64,000 nt of DNA from an uncultured Verrucomicrobiae bacterium (GCA_963750185.1 CAVVPV010000007.1:24310-88309); one strand, 5' to 3'. Positions 21,993-32,092 are shown, counted from the stretch's first letter. A program made the numbers and translations. Notes: generated by a model from the letters alone, not told the origin.

Positions 21993-23000
21993 TCATTCCC
22001 CGATTCCCAGCAGCGAATCGTCGCCGAGCTCTTCCCTCTTCCCTTCTGTCACCAGCCAGATTTTCATTTTATCCGCCTGAGCGTCTTGTGCGCGATAGAA
22101 GACTTTTTTGCCGGACCGGCTTGCACAGAGGTAACTATAGGAACCGTTTTCGCCGAGCAGGTGGACGGATTTCAGCTCGTCCTGGTAGAGCATCAGGCGT
22201 TTATCGAGCGAATCATCGCTCGCTTCGCCCTCGTCAAACTTGATTGCCGGTGCGATGAGCGACGCAATCTGGCCCCAGCCGCTGCCGCCGAGCCGGTGGA
22301 GGTGGACGTAGATCAATTCGCCGGCCGGTGCTGTTTGTTCCACTCCTTGATTGGATGGCGTACCCATGCTGGTCTCAAGATCCGCGACCGGCGCAATCCG
22401 GATTCCGCAAATCCAATAACCGGTCTCCGGTTCGTCCGGCAGGTTGCAGACCCCTCCTGTCCAAAGATCCCCATCATAGCCGAAATAGAGCTGGCCCGCG
22501 GAATTGAACGTAAATCCTGAGAGATAGCTGATGCGCCGTAGCCTGAGTGGAATTGGTTGGTTGGTGCCCTTTGGCATGAACCAGTACCCAAACGAGTTTT
22601 TTTGATCGGTCGTTTCAAAGACGAGCGAGCCGTCCGCCGGATTATACGCCACATTCGTGCAGACAGTTCCGCGTGGCGGCCGGCAAACCGTCACCCAACT
22701 CTTTCTCTCGGTGTTATAAGCCGAAATCCCGTCGCTACCGGCGAACAGAACATAACCGGCATTTGACAATGACACCCCGTGCTCCACCGAGTTGTCGAAC
22801 TTTGCCGAAGCCTGAAGCGGCTGCGCCTGCTTCGTATCCAGATTCAACTGAACAAGCCCTTTCGCCGTTATCGCGAAGACGCTCTGTTCATCTTGTGAAA
22901 ACACAGCTTCGGCGCCATGACCGACCCCACCGGCGCCGAAAAGTAAAACCGCAAAACACGAACAAGCCAGTTTCCGCACAAAAAACAGCGTGGTATCCAT
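21993..23000 (-). CDS. Hypothetical exported protein (possible beta-propeller)
   Basis: 335-aa ORF with signal peptide, beta-rich pattern, 7 bp from the S53 gene. Confidence 0.65.
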   Translation of the reverse strand: MDTTLFFVRKLACSCFAVLLFGAGGVGHGAEAVFSQDEQSVFAITAKGLVQLNLDTKQAQPLQASAKFDNSVEHGVSLSNAGYVLFAGSDGISAYNTERKSWVTVCRPPRGTVCTNVAYNPADGSLVFETTDQKNSFGYWFMPKGTNQPIPLRLRRISYLSGFTFNSAGQLYFGYDGDLWTGGVCNLPDEPETGYWICGIRIAPVADLETSMGTPSNQGVEQTAPAGELIYVHLHRLGGSGWGQIASLIAPAIKFDEGEASDDSLDKRLMLYQDELKSVHLLGENGSYSYLCASRSGKKVFYRAQDAQADKMKIWLVTEGKREELGDDSLLGIGE

Positions 23001-23190
23001 TCAATGAAATGCAAGGGCTTCGCCGGAATAGTGTATAAAATTGACGTCCTTGAGGGGTTGGTTGGTTAAATTTAGTCACTTCCATGCGCGTTGTGAATGC
23101 GCTCAGCATGGGCTGGAGAAGCTTTGCCACAATGCAACAGTGCTCTGAAAAGGGTCGACGATCCCTTTGTGTAGCTGCGCTGGATGAACG

Positions 23191-23206
23191 TGGCACGGTC
23201 AATGCT
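23191..23206 (+). promoter_or_regulatory. Sigma-54 (-24/-12) promoter
   Basis: TGGCACGgtcaATGCT with correct GG-N10-GC spacing, 54 bp upstream of the permease start. Confidence 0.65.
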
Positions 23207-23259
23207 GACTGTCGTGCGACCGCTCTACGGTCAAAATCGTAATCAAATACACTACCCTC

Positions 23260-25104
23260 ATGTCCGAAAATATCCAACCCACAGCTAAGAAAACACTAGG
23301 CCTGACCGGGCTGACTGTGAACGCGATGGCGCTGATTGCGCCGGGGGCGTTCCTCTGGTTGACCTATGGTGAACAATCTCTCTACGGCCAGCCTATAGCC
23401 GCAATCGCTATGTGGTTCGGCATCCTTGTCGCGCTGTTGCTCTGCTTAGCAACAGCTATCTCGTATGCCGAACTGTCGAAACTCTATCCAGGCGCCGGTT
23501 CATCGTACTTCTTCGCCGAACAGGCTTTCCTGTCGAAAACGAAAGCGTTCAGATTTGCCCGAATTGCCAAGTTCGTGGTGGGTTGGGCCAGCCATCTTTA
23601 CTACTGGGTGTACCCGGGCGTAATGGTCGCTGTTACCGCAATTCTCGTAGGTTATCTTGCCGGACAGGTCTTCCCTTCTGTGTTCAATGCAGCAGTGCCC
23701 AGTCCGTTGTTGATGATTTTATTTTGCATCGTCTTTCCGTTCTTCGTTGGATACATCGCGTACAGCGGCGTAAACGCATCAACCGCCGTTAATCTTGCCA
23801 TCAACGTGGTGCAGATTACGGCGCTGATCGTTTTCACCGTGATCGCCATCGGTTATCGACTCAACCACTCGGAAGAAGGCGCCAAAGCTATCACGCTGGA
23901 TCCGAACGGTGTCCCGGTCTCCAATGTCATCGCAATGCAAACCACCAAGGATGACAAGGGAAACGACGTCACGACCCCGATGAAGGACAAGGATGGGAAT
24001 TGGATTTTCGAGAAGAACCCGGATGGCACCCCTAAACCTTTTACTCTGACTTGGAAGGCCGACCAGGCAATCACGCAAGGGTCCGATCCCAAGAATCCAA
24101 CCCCCACATTTCAATTTCACAAGAGCGCTGCTTCGGTCATCGCCCCGCATGGATTCAGTTTCATTATGGTTCAGGCGTGTGTCGCGATTCTGATTCTGGT
24201 CGGCTTTGAATCAGTGACGTCGATGGGTGAAGAGGCAAAGGACGCGAAACGCGACATTCCTAAAGCCGTGATTTTGTCCCTGCTGATTCAAGGGGCGTTC
24301 TGTTACCTCTTTGAGTATTTTGGAGCGAACTTTTTCCTCAACAGTGGCTACACGCTTCAGACCGCCGGCGGTTCGCCCGCACCAATCGGCGATATGATGC
24401 AGATTGTTGGGACCTGGGTCTTCGGAAGTCCCCAGGCGGGTTGGTGGTTCATGTTTATCCAGGCTATTACCGTGTTTCTTGCTCTGGTCGGTACGACTCT
24501 TGCCTGCATCAACACGGGAGTTCGCGTTACCTATGCGATGGGACGCGATGAGGAGGTGCCGGCCCATTTTGGGGTGCTTCATGGCAAAAATCTCACGCCG
24601 CACCGAGCGATCTGGGTGCTCTGTCCCATCTCGGCAATCATCGGGATTTTTGGGGTGGTTCTATACTTTTGCGGCGGGGCGGCAGTAACGGATGATACCA
24701 TTAAAGCACTTCCGCAGAACATCTGGTACAGCTTCGGACTTATTCCGCACGATGCAGCGGCCAACATCCCGCAAAGCCTGCTCGTGATCACATTGATCAG
24801 TAACTTCGGGACGTTCCTGCTTTACATGATGACATGCATCATCGCGATCATCGCCTACCAGGAGCATCACGCATTCCACGGGTTTAAACATATGGTTGTT
24901 CCCGTGTTCGGTCTCCTGGCAAACTTCGGTTGCATGTTATTCTATCTGGTCGGCCCGTTTTCAGTTGCCGGTATGAGCTGGAAAGAGCCGTATGTCGCTC
25001 TAGGAGTCGCGGCGGTCTGGGGTATTTACGGATTGATTCACTTCACGATGGGAAGTAAGAAAAAAGAGAAAGCAATGCTCGTCCAGGCCCCTGCTTCTTC
25101 TTGA
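23260..25104 (+). CDS. APC-family amino acid permease
   Basis: About 12 TM segments; SYAELSKLYPGAGSSY, GFESVTSMGEEAKD, RVTYAMGRD. Confidence 0.92.
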   Translation: MSENIQPTAKKTLGLTGLTVNAMALIAPGAFLWLTYGEQSLYGQPIAAIAMWFGILVALLLCLATAISYAELSKLYPGAGSSYFFAEQAFLSKTKAFRFARIAKFVVGWASHLYYWVYPGVMVAVTAILVGYLAGQVFPSVFNAAVPSPLLMILFCIVFPFFVGYIAYSGVNASTAVNLAINVVQITALIVFTVIAIGYRLNHSEEGAKAITLDPNGVPVSNVIAMQTTKDDKGNDVTTPMKDKDGNWIFEKNPDGTPKPFTLTWKADQAITQGSDPKNPTPTFQFHKSAASVIAPHGFSFIMVQACVAILILVGFESVTSMGEEAKDAKRDIPKAVILSLLIQGAFCYLFEYFGANFFLNSGYTLQTAGGSPAPIGDMMQIVGTWVFGSPQAGWWFMFIQAITVFLALVGTTLACINTGVRVTYAMGRDEEVPAHFGVLHGKNLTPHRAIWVLCPISAIIGIFGVVLYFCGGAAVTDDTIKALPQNIWYSFGLIPHDAAANIPQSLLVITLISNFGTFLLYMMTCIIAIIAYQEHHAFHGFKHMVVPVFGLLANFGCMLFYLVGPFSVAGMSWKEPYVALGVAAVWGIYGLIHFTMGSKKKEKAMLVQAPASS

Positions 25105-25147
25105 TTCGCAGATTGGGATAACACGAAAATCTTAGGTTAGTCAGGTT

Positions 25148-25199
25148 AAAAAGAGCGCGCAGACTCGGCTGCCAGTACCGGGCTGCGCGCTTTTTTTTT
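25148..25199 (+). terminator. Rho-independent terminator
   Basis: agcgcgcag...ctgcgcgct stem followed by a T-run and preceded by an A-run. Confidence 0.8.
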
Positions 25200-25331
25200 G
25201 TGCCGTATCGAAGCGGGAGGCAAAGGAGAAGGGTATTGACCACAGAGCAATGGAGGACACAGAGAACAGAATTTACCGCAAAGCGCAAAGAACACAGGGC
25301 GGCGTAGCCGCAACCAAAAAGGACGCGGTGC

Positions 25332-25690
25332 CGGCGTATCGGCGTGTCGGCGCGACTCGAAGGCGACCTCGATCAATTATTGAAGCGTTTCACACCGACG
25401 TTCGGGCTTGATGAGTGGGGAGACTGCTCACAAAAGCCCCAGATTACGGTAGGCATGGACGCACCGCAGAGGAGGTAGCTATCCATGAACGTCGGCTCCT
25501 GCCCAAGTGCCTCACGTGCTGCGGCCAGTCGAAAACTCAACAGGCTGGAACGCCTCTTCTACCTTGGCTCCGTGTTTGTGGATCGAGGTCGCCTTCGAGT
25601 CGGCGCCGATACGCCGATACGCCGATACGCCGATACGCCGCACAAGGACGATCCGTTCGTACTTTCTTCCTTTTTACTTTTTACTTTTTA
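25332..25690. repeat. Short-period tandem repeats in an inverted arrangement
   Basis: cggcgtatcggcgtgtcggcg...gactcgaaggcgacctcgatc (25332-25374) inverted at 25581-25640 with tandem gccgatac octamers; tttttac heptamers at about 25671-25691. Confidence 0.7.
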
Positions 25691-26474
25691 CCTCTCCTCG
25701 CCGCGGAGCCCATTCGGCAGGCCAGGTGGATCCAACTCGTTGGAAGCCGTATTTCTCCAGGATCGGTCTGCTGGCCGGTAGCGCGTCGACCCGCAAATAT
25801 TGTACGGAATCAAATTTCGAAACATGATTGATCCGGGCGGCCAATAACGCGCGATACACTCCCTTTCCACGGAAGGCGGGTAATACAGCACCACCCCAAA
25901 GTCCGGCGAACCGGCTCTCCCGGCGGACCGAGACCCGACCGCACCCGATTGGGATCTGATCTTCATAAGCAACGAATGCCAGATCCTGCTGCGCCGGATC
26001 TTTCAGTATCGTAAGAAGCCAGTCTCTCATCTTTTCGGATGCGGGCCAGAGCGCGGCTTCAACCGCCAGAAAATCGTTTACTCCTTGCGCATTTGTGACG
26101 GCTGCCACCGTGATTCCAGACGCCGCCGCCGCCGTCAGCGAGATCGGCAACTCGCGAAGCTCGCGGATCATGAGAGCTTCTTCTTCGCCAATCTTGAATC
26201 CGCGGCGGCGCAGTTCCGCGAGCAGGTCTTGTGGTTGATCGTGACTGTACACCTTCCACTCAAATTCGCGGCCTAAGTTCTCGAAAAACGAAATTTCGCC
26301 GTCGATGACAGACTCGCTCTCCTCCGCGGGAAAACAGTAATAAACAATGCCGGCCCACGATTCATGCGCCCCGATGGCGCGCACAACATAACGTGTAGAC
26401 GACAACGTTACATCGCTGTCATTGAGGCGCCGGCGTTCATCGTCGAACAAACGCAAAATCAGAGTCTCATCCAT
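25674..26474 (-). CDS. GNAT-family N-acetyltransferase
   Basis: LWGGAVLPAFRGKGVYRALL acetyl-CoA motif; SRPILEKYGF. Confidence 0.9.
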   Translation of the reverse strand: MDETLILRLFDDERRRLNDSDVTLSSTRYVVRAIGAHESWAGIVYYCFPAEESESVIDGEISFFENLGREFEWKVYSHDQPQDLLAELRRRGFKIGEEEALMIRELRELPISLTAAAASGITVAAVTNAQGVNDFLAVEAALWPASEKMRDWLLTILKDPAQQDLAFVAYEDQIPIGCGRVSVRRESRFAGLWGGAVLPAFRGKGVYRALLAARINHVSKFDSVQYLRVDALPASRPILEKYGFQRVGSTWPAEWAPRRGEVKSKK

Positions 26475-26607
26475 TGCGGATTCCCTGCCAATAAAAATTA
26501 ACTGGAAAAATATCGCTCAAGTAACTCAAAAAATAAAACGTAACTATTTAGTGAAACAGATTGCGCTTTGATCAATAAATTGTTTAGAGTTCCGAGGGAT
26601 TAGCGAA

Positions 26608-27882
26608 ATGGATTTCCAGAGATTGTTCAAACGAAAAGAGGAGGTTGCCACCCATTCGATGGCTGGGGAGCACCAGAAAGAGACGTTGGGCAGCCGGAGT
26701 GTGTCACTTTCTGAAGGCGATCTATTGGACGGTCAGGCGCCTGCAAACCTTCTCTGGAACAACGTGGGCGGTACGATCAGCGTGAGGGCGGACAAGATAC
26801 TCGGGATCCTCGAAGGACGGACACGGATCAAGGGGGCGGTTCTTCAGGAGATTTATCCGGCGCTATTCGAAAAGGATCCGCATCCGGGCACTGAGTTTCT
26901 CATCCCGCTCCAGATCGTCGTTACGCAACTTGAGGATGTTTTTGCTGCTATTTCATCCGGGGACCTGGGCGAGGAGAATTTCGAAACGCCGTTTGGTCAG
27001 CTTGCCCGGGAGGATGACGCCAGGTTTAAAGAGGGAACCGAGCCGGTGAAGCCCCCCGCGAAACCGATCGTGCTTACCGGGCAACCGAATGGAGTAACGG
27101 AAGGCCGGAACACACCGGTTCGCGAAGCCAGATCGAACGGCTCGGTTACAGTCCATTTAACGCAATCGCCGAACGGCGCTGCGCCCGTTATAGAGACTGA
27201 AGCGACAAACGGTGCCCCGACCGGGGTTGAGCAGAAACCGGTTCCTTCGCCGGATTCGATTCCGGCGCTCCCGATAATTGACGATGTTCAGGGCGACGCG
27301 CAAAGTTCTACAGTTCGGGGAACCACTGCATCGCCGAAGGAAGCGGAGAACCGCGCATGCCAGTCGTTGCCGGCGGATGCCAAAGCTGAACAGTCGCCGT
27401 ATCGCAGGCCGCGCGGCGGCAATCTCTCATCGGAATCTCCGACCGGTCTCCGCCACACTCAGAACAACGATGTTCGCCGCGAATGGCACGAAGCGTTGCA
27501 AGAACTCTTTCTGACCGACGAACAGCTTGATGGGTCCAAGGTCGCTGACCTGGTGTTGCAACTCCCCCGCGTTGCCGGCGTTGTGATCATGTTGGCCGAC
27601 GGCGCGGTCCTGGGAGGCGTCCTGAGCGGCGGACTCAACGAGTCGCTTTTGGGTCTTGCGCCTGGGTTCGTGCAGGATCTGGTCCGATTTACAGAGAGCA
27701 TGCGCGGCGGCCCGACCCGGTTCGTGACGCTTGCCGGGAACGCCTGCCTGATCAGCCTGACCATTGCCGGACAGGTGCTGATATTAGTTGCTCATGATGG
27801 GAAGAATCTTCCACCCGGTCTTCGCGAGCGTCTCGTGGCTACCGCGCACGCATTGAACATGATTTACGGTCCGCGGCCGTGA
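26608..27882 (+). CDS. Protein with disordered linker and C-terminal Roadblock/LC7-like domain
   Basis: Pro/Ser/Thr-rich middle; C-terminal VLQLPRVAGVVIMLADGAVL...LILVAH Roadblock-like pattern. Confidence 0.55.
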   Translation: MDFQRLFKRKEEVATHSMAGEHQKETLGSRSVSLSEGDLLDGQAPANLLWNNVGGTISVRADKILGILEGRTRIKGAVLQEIYPALFEKDPHPGTEFLIPLQIVVTQLEDVFAAISSGDLGEENFETPFGQLAREDDARFKEGTEPVKPPAKPIVLTGQPNGVTEGRNTPVREARSNGSVTVHLTQSPNGAAPVIETEATNGAPTGVEQKPVPSPDSIPALPIIDDVQGDAQSSTVRGTTASPKEAENRACQSLPADAKAEQSPYRRPRGGNLSSESPTGLRHTQNNDVRREWHEALQELFLTDEQLDGSKVADLVLQLPRVAGVVIMLADGAVLGGVLSGGLNESLLGLAPGFVQDLVRFTESMRGGPTRFVTLAGNACLISLTIAGQVLILVAHDGKNLPPGLRERLVATAHALNMIYGPRP

Positions 27883-27894
27883 AAAGAAAAGATC

Positions 27895-28317
27895 GTGGCC
27901 GGCTGCAGCGACAAAGAATTAATGGCGTGGGATTTCCGATCTTTGATCGGGTGCCTGCGCGAATATCAACGGAATACAGAAGCTGTCTGCGCGCTGCTCG
28001 TTCAGGATGATGCAGCCATCCTGGCGAAGGTCGCAACTGACGCTGATTTTGATACTGATACCTTGGGGGTTTGCTCGGCGATGATATTTGCAACCTCGCG
28101 CATGCTACTCGGAGAACTTGAGACCGAAGGCGATGTTCTGGGCCGAATCACAATTGGGACCAACTACAATCTTCTCGTCATGGAGATTACGCCGAAGATC
28201 GCTCTGGCGACTCTCTACAGAAACTGGTTTTCCACGGGGCTTCTAGAACACCAGGCGCGGGCGATTATGCCGCGGATGATCGATTACCTCGTTCGCGAGG
28301 GCTCGGAGGTCTCATGA
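27895..28317 (+). CDS. Roadblock/LC7 (MglB-like) protein
   Basis: EAVCALLVQDDAAILA...DTLGVCSAMIFATSRMLLGEL...STGLL resembles MglB. Confidence 0.7.
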   Translation: MAGCSDKELMAWDFRSLIGCLREYQRNTEAVCALLVQDDAAILAKVATDADFDTDTLGVCSAMIFATSRMLLGELETEGDVLGRITIGTNYNLLVMEITPKIALATLYRNWFSTGLLEHQARAIMPRMIDYLVREGSEVS

Positions 28318-29138
28318 TCCGTTCAGCGCTTGCTTCACCTTGGTTGCCGCTGGCTTATTGGACCGCGATTGTTTGCGCAGCCCTTTGCGCGCTACCCCAA
28401 TACCTGCGTAAGGGTCATACGCAACGCTCGTCGATTGCGAAGGTCTCCGACGTAGTAACGGCCCAGGTCAATCGTGTGTCACAGGTGGTTCAATCGCTCC
28501 CTGGAGAGAATTCGATCACAAGGCATCGCGAACCCTTTCATGTTTGGGTTCCCGCGGTCCTTTGCCTCAGAGGTTTCGATCGCAAGCCGGTCGCAGCAGA
28601 GGTCGAACCAAGAAAAGTGCCGACCGTCGCCGAAGCGCTGCGGAGTCCGACACCTGCGCCGGTTACGATGCTGTCAATTCGAGCAGATTCGGCGGAGGAA
28701 CCGACTGCAAACGTGTTATCGATTGAGTGCCGAACGAGTCTCGCGGTCAGCAATATGCATGGCCGGGCAGTTTCTATTCATGGCGTCGTTACGCAGGAAG
28801 TCGTCTCTCCCGCCGGAAAGATCCTGATTATGGCCGGCAGCCGGGTTGCTGGATCCGGTTTGTTCGATCCGGAGAGCGGACGGTTAAGATCCAATAGGGT
28901 CTGGACGATCGTCTTCGAAAACACTGAAATGAAGGTCCGTGCGCTTCTACTGGATCGTCCCGGCGGCCTCCTCGGCGTCATCGGGCAAGTGAAACAGGGT
29001 GAAAGCGTGCTCGCCACCGCAAGCGCTGACTCCGAAGGTGGCAGGCTTGAATTGGTTCCCGCGAACACACCGTTTACACTCGAACTGCACGGGGAAATTC
29101 AGCTTCGAGACCTCGCGTCAAACGAATCGGAGTACTGA
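28314..29138 (+). CDS. Membrane-anchored protein with TrbI/VirB10-like C-terminal domain
   Basis: One N-terminal TM, Pro-rich linker, IECRT...IHGVVTQEV...KILIMAGSRVAG...WTIVF...LLDR..GLLGVIG...VPANTPF pattern. Confidence 0.55.
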   Translation: MIRSALASPWLPLAYWTAIVCAALCALPQYLRKGHTQRSSIAKVSDVVTAQVNRVSQVVQSLPGENSITRHREPFHVWVPAVLCLRGFDRKPVAAEVEPRKVPTVAEALRSPTPAPVTMLSIRADSAEEPTANVLSIECRTSLAVSNMHGRAVSIHGVVTQEVVSPAGKILIMAGSRVAGSGLFDPESGRLRSNRVWTIVFENTEMKVRALLLDRPGGLLGVIGQVKQGESVLATASADSEGGRLELVPANTPFTLELHGEIQLRDLASNESEY

Positions 29139-29197
29139 TGATCGCATTCTTAAATACATCCGAACATAAAGCCAAATCAAACATTGATAGGAGAATT

Positions 29198-29650
29198 ATG
29201 AAACCCAGAGTTGTAACCAAGGAGCGACAGGAGGGGATCTCGCTGATTCAAGTGCTGCTGGCAATTTTGCTTGGCGCATTGACCGTAACCTGGGCTACGA
29301 ACACGATCGTCAACGGAATGGAGAAAGGGATCGCGACGAAGACGTTGACCGTAGTCGATGCAATTCAACAGGCGAAACAACAATTCCTGGTCGACAACCC
29401 GGAAACCGATCCCAATACAGCCGCCTCTTTCGCAAATCTCCAGCCGTATCTCATGGTTATGGGCATTCAGGTGAACGACGAATCGCAATTAATGGCGGGG
29501 ACTGGCGGGCGCACAATCTCGAATTACGGGTCATTCAATACGGGGATTACTTTGAGTAAATCGATCGATCCGAATTACGTGACGCCGAGTATGAAGCCGA
29601 TTGTTGTGATGATAAACAACGGTCTTGCTTCCGGCTCCACGGTTCAATAG
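29198..29650 (+). CDS. Major type IV pilin/pseudopilin
   Basis: RBS aggaga; class III signal RQEG/ISLIQVLLAILLG; AIQQAKQQF. Confidence 0.75.
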   Translation: MKPRVVTKERQEGISLIQVLLAILLGALTVTWATNTIVNGMEKGIATKTLTVVDAIQQAKQQFLVDNPETDPNTAASFANLQPYLMVMGIQVNDESQLMAGTGGRTISNYGSFNTGITLSKSIDPNYVTPSMKPIVVMINNGLASGSTVQ

Positions 29651-29755
29651 CTGGTCTCCTCGTAGAAAGTCGATGCCATCCGAAGAAAATGCCTTGCATT
29701 CCATCGAGGCGCTGATTACAAGCACAATAGACTACGTATATAATATAACGTTGTT

Positions 29756-30970
29756 ATGGCCGAGTTTGTTGCTGTTATTCAAGTGAGCCGGAATGGTCCG
29801 TTTCTCGCCAGAAATCTGGTGGGCAAATCGGCCGGCGAAGTTACGGCTCGGTTGCTGGATTCCGGGCTCGCCGTGGCGCAAGTCAGCGAACGGCATCTTT
29901 TGCATCCGTTGGCGCAGGCAAAGATCTCAATAAAGGATATCGTATACTTTATGGAGCAGCTTGAAACCACGCTGTTTCTTGGGATGGAACCTAGAATCGC
30001 GCTGAAAGCATGTGCGATTACAATATCGCAAAAATCAAAATCCGGGAGGAATCTGCAGCGCGTTGTTGGAGCCATGGAACGGATGGTTGCCGGTGGCGAA
30101 AGTATTGCCAATGTGGCGAGACAGTTCCCGAATCTATTCAGCAATGTTGCTGTGGGCCTGCTCGAGGCGGGCGAACGATCGGGAAGCATGAACGAAAGCT
30201 TGCGATCGATCCGCGTTCTTACCGCACGGACAGAAAGTGTTCGGCACCAGATCAGCATGATGCTGTTACAGCCGGCGATCACTCTGCTGATGGCGACGGT
30301 TACAGTTGGGGTGATGGTCACCTACATCGTTCCGCAGTTTCGATCGATCCTGGATTACCTCGGCGGAAAGCTGCCGTGGCAGACTCAGCTAATGATTTCG
30401 ATCAGCGACGCGGTGAGCGGTCATCGAATCCTTTTCGTGACAGCATTGGCAGCCTGTACGTACGCTTTCGTGCGATTGCCCGCGTACGTCACAAGGCATT
30501 CCTGGACGCATCGATTCGTAGTCGGAATCCCAGGGGTCGGCCGGTATTTGCTTGCTGGGATACGAACAAATTTTATTGCTGCATTCGCGCAGCTTAAAAA
30601 AAACAAGATGACTAACCCGACGGCCCTGATGCTGCTGAAGGATATCAGTTGGTACTATCCGTATCGGACTGCCATCGCGCGTGCGAGCATGGGCTTGAAG
30701 TCGGGCGAATCGCTGGCTAACGTCCTTGCAGCAGAGACAGACATCATTGGGGAGCGTAACATTCAGTATTTTCGCTTTATTGAGGAGACTGGTTCAGATG
30801 TAGACCAGTTAGAGCGACTGGCAATACTGATGAACCGGGACCTCGATGCTGACACGGAACGGTTCAGGACGATCTTGAATCCGTTGATTTTGATCGTGCT
30901 TGCCGTCGTCGTTGGGATGATCGCCGCCGCAATCATACTTCCGATGTACGAGATCTATAACAATATCTGA
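29756..30970 (+). CDS. T2SS GspF / T4P PilC platform protein
   Basis: GESIA...FPNLFS...EAGERSGSM, IVPQF...GKLPWQTQ, GESLA, AIILPMYEI. Confidence 0.92.
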   Translation: MAEFVAVIQVSRNGPFLARNLVGKSAGEVTARLLDSGLAVAQVSERHLLHPLAQAKISIKDIVYFMEQLETTLFLGMEPRIALKACAITISQKSKSGRNLQRVVGAMERMVAGGESIANVARQFPNLFSNVAVGLLEAGERSGSMNESLRSIRVLTARTESVRHQISMMLLQPAITLLMATVTVGVMVTYIVPQFRSILDYLGGKLPWQTQLMISISDAVSGHRILFVTALAACTYAFVRLPAYVTRHSWTHRFVVGIPGVGRYLLAGIRTNFIAAFAQLKKNKMTNPTALMLLKDISWYYPYRTAIARASMGLKSGESLANVLAAETDIIGERNIQYFRFIEETGSDVDQLERLAILMNRDLDADTERFRTILNPLILIVLAVVVGMIAAAIILPMYEIYNNI

Positions 30971-31087
30971 CGTTCAGACAGATTGGAGAAGGCAATTTCA
31001 AGAATTGGTTGCGCATAAAAATAACATAACTAGACGACAGTTACGAGATAGATATGACGCGGACGAGATTGCGACATTGATACAGTC

Positions 31088-32080
31088 ATGTTGAACGATA
31101 TTCAGACATTTATCCGGGAAATGCCGCTGCGGTACTATGTGAGAGGTGGGCTATTTTCACGACAAGAGCCGATGATCGTGTTCCACGTAGGCGAGGAGGA
31201 GGTCGAGGCGCTCGTGTCCTACAGGAAAAAGGCGTTCGGATATGAGGACGAACTCCACCGTGACCCGGATGCGCCTCCGACGACGTCGTACGGGCAAGCG
31301 TACAGACCGGGTGCGAACGGAAGGAGAGTCACAGCGAAACTTGCTTCCAGATACCGTGTTCCGCAGCGGTGCCAGCATCTATTTGTTGTTGATACTCCGG
31401 CGGACGAGCTGTTTCTCAATCTCTTCACTCTTGAAAAGTTGCGCAGGCGAACAATCGATGAGGCTCTGACGGATCTTCGCGAAGCACCGGGACAAATTTT
31501 GTCCGGATGGGACCGGCCCGATTTTCGATGGCATATCCTGGATCCCGACCTTCGACTTTCCGGCAGCACAAAAGGAGCAAGCGATGATCCGATCCTGGTC
31601 ATTGGCCTTTCGGAGAATGTCTGTTTGCCGTTCGAATTCTGGAGCGACGAACAGGGAGCCGCGATCGTCGGAATACTGCCGTTGGCCGTGGCTGTATTGG
31701 CATGGTGTAATGCGGTGCTCCCGACCGATAAAAGAGATTCTGTCATCCTTGTGGCAGCCGAAAAAGGGGTTGTCGCGGCGATCATAAAGCGCGGAAAGCT
31801 CACGAATTTACTTCGCGCTCAGACGATTGACGACGTGCTGAGCAAGATTCGGCTGAATCTCGACGAATTCGGGCTTGAGGATCCGGCGGTGTATCTCTGG
31901 TGCTCAAACCCAGGGGAACCAGGCGATGATGATGTGAGCTACGATGGTATTACGATCATTGATGAGGATCACCTCAGGGCGGTACTCGGTGCGCCATTGC
32001 TTGTGATGGCATCAACCGGAAAGCGGACCGCTCACGACAGACCTGTCCCGCATCTATTAAACTGGTTAGCCAAACAATAA
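31088..32080 (+). CDS. PilM/GspL-like cytoplasmic accessory protein (divergent)
   Basis: Soluble 330 aa; position before the PilN/O/P-like genes. Confidence 0.45.
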   Translation: MLNDIQTFIREMPLRYYVRGGLFSRQEPMIVFHVGEEEVEALVSYRKKAFGYEDELHRDPDAPPTTSYGQAYRPGANGRRVTAKLASRYRVPQRCQHLFVVDTPADELFLNLFTLEKLRRRTIDEALTDLREAPGQILSGWDRPDFRWHILDPDLRLSGSTKGASDDPILVIGLSENVCLPFEFWSDEQGAAIVGILPLAVAVLAWCNAVLPTDKRDSVILVAAEKGVVAAIIKRGKLTNLLRAQTIDDVLSKIRLNLDEFGLEDPAVYLWCSNPGEPGDDDVSYDGITIIDEDHLRAVLGAPLLVMASTGKRTAHDRPVPHLLNWLAKQ

Positions 32081-32092
32081 AACGAGGTTTCT

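Noticed and set aside
25332..25690. Possible CRISPR array
   Set aside because: Units are 7-8 bp tandem repeats without unique spacers; no cas genes in the window
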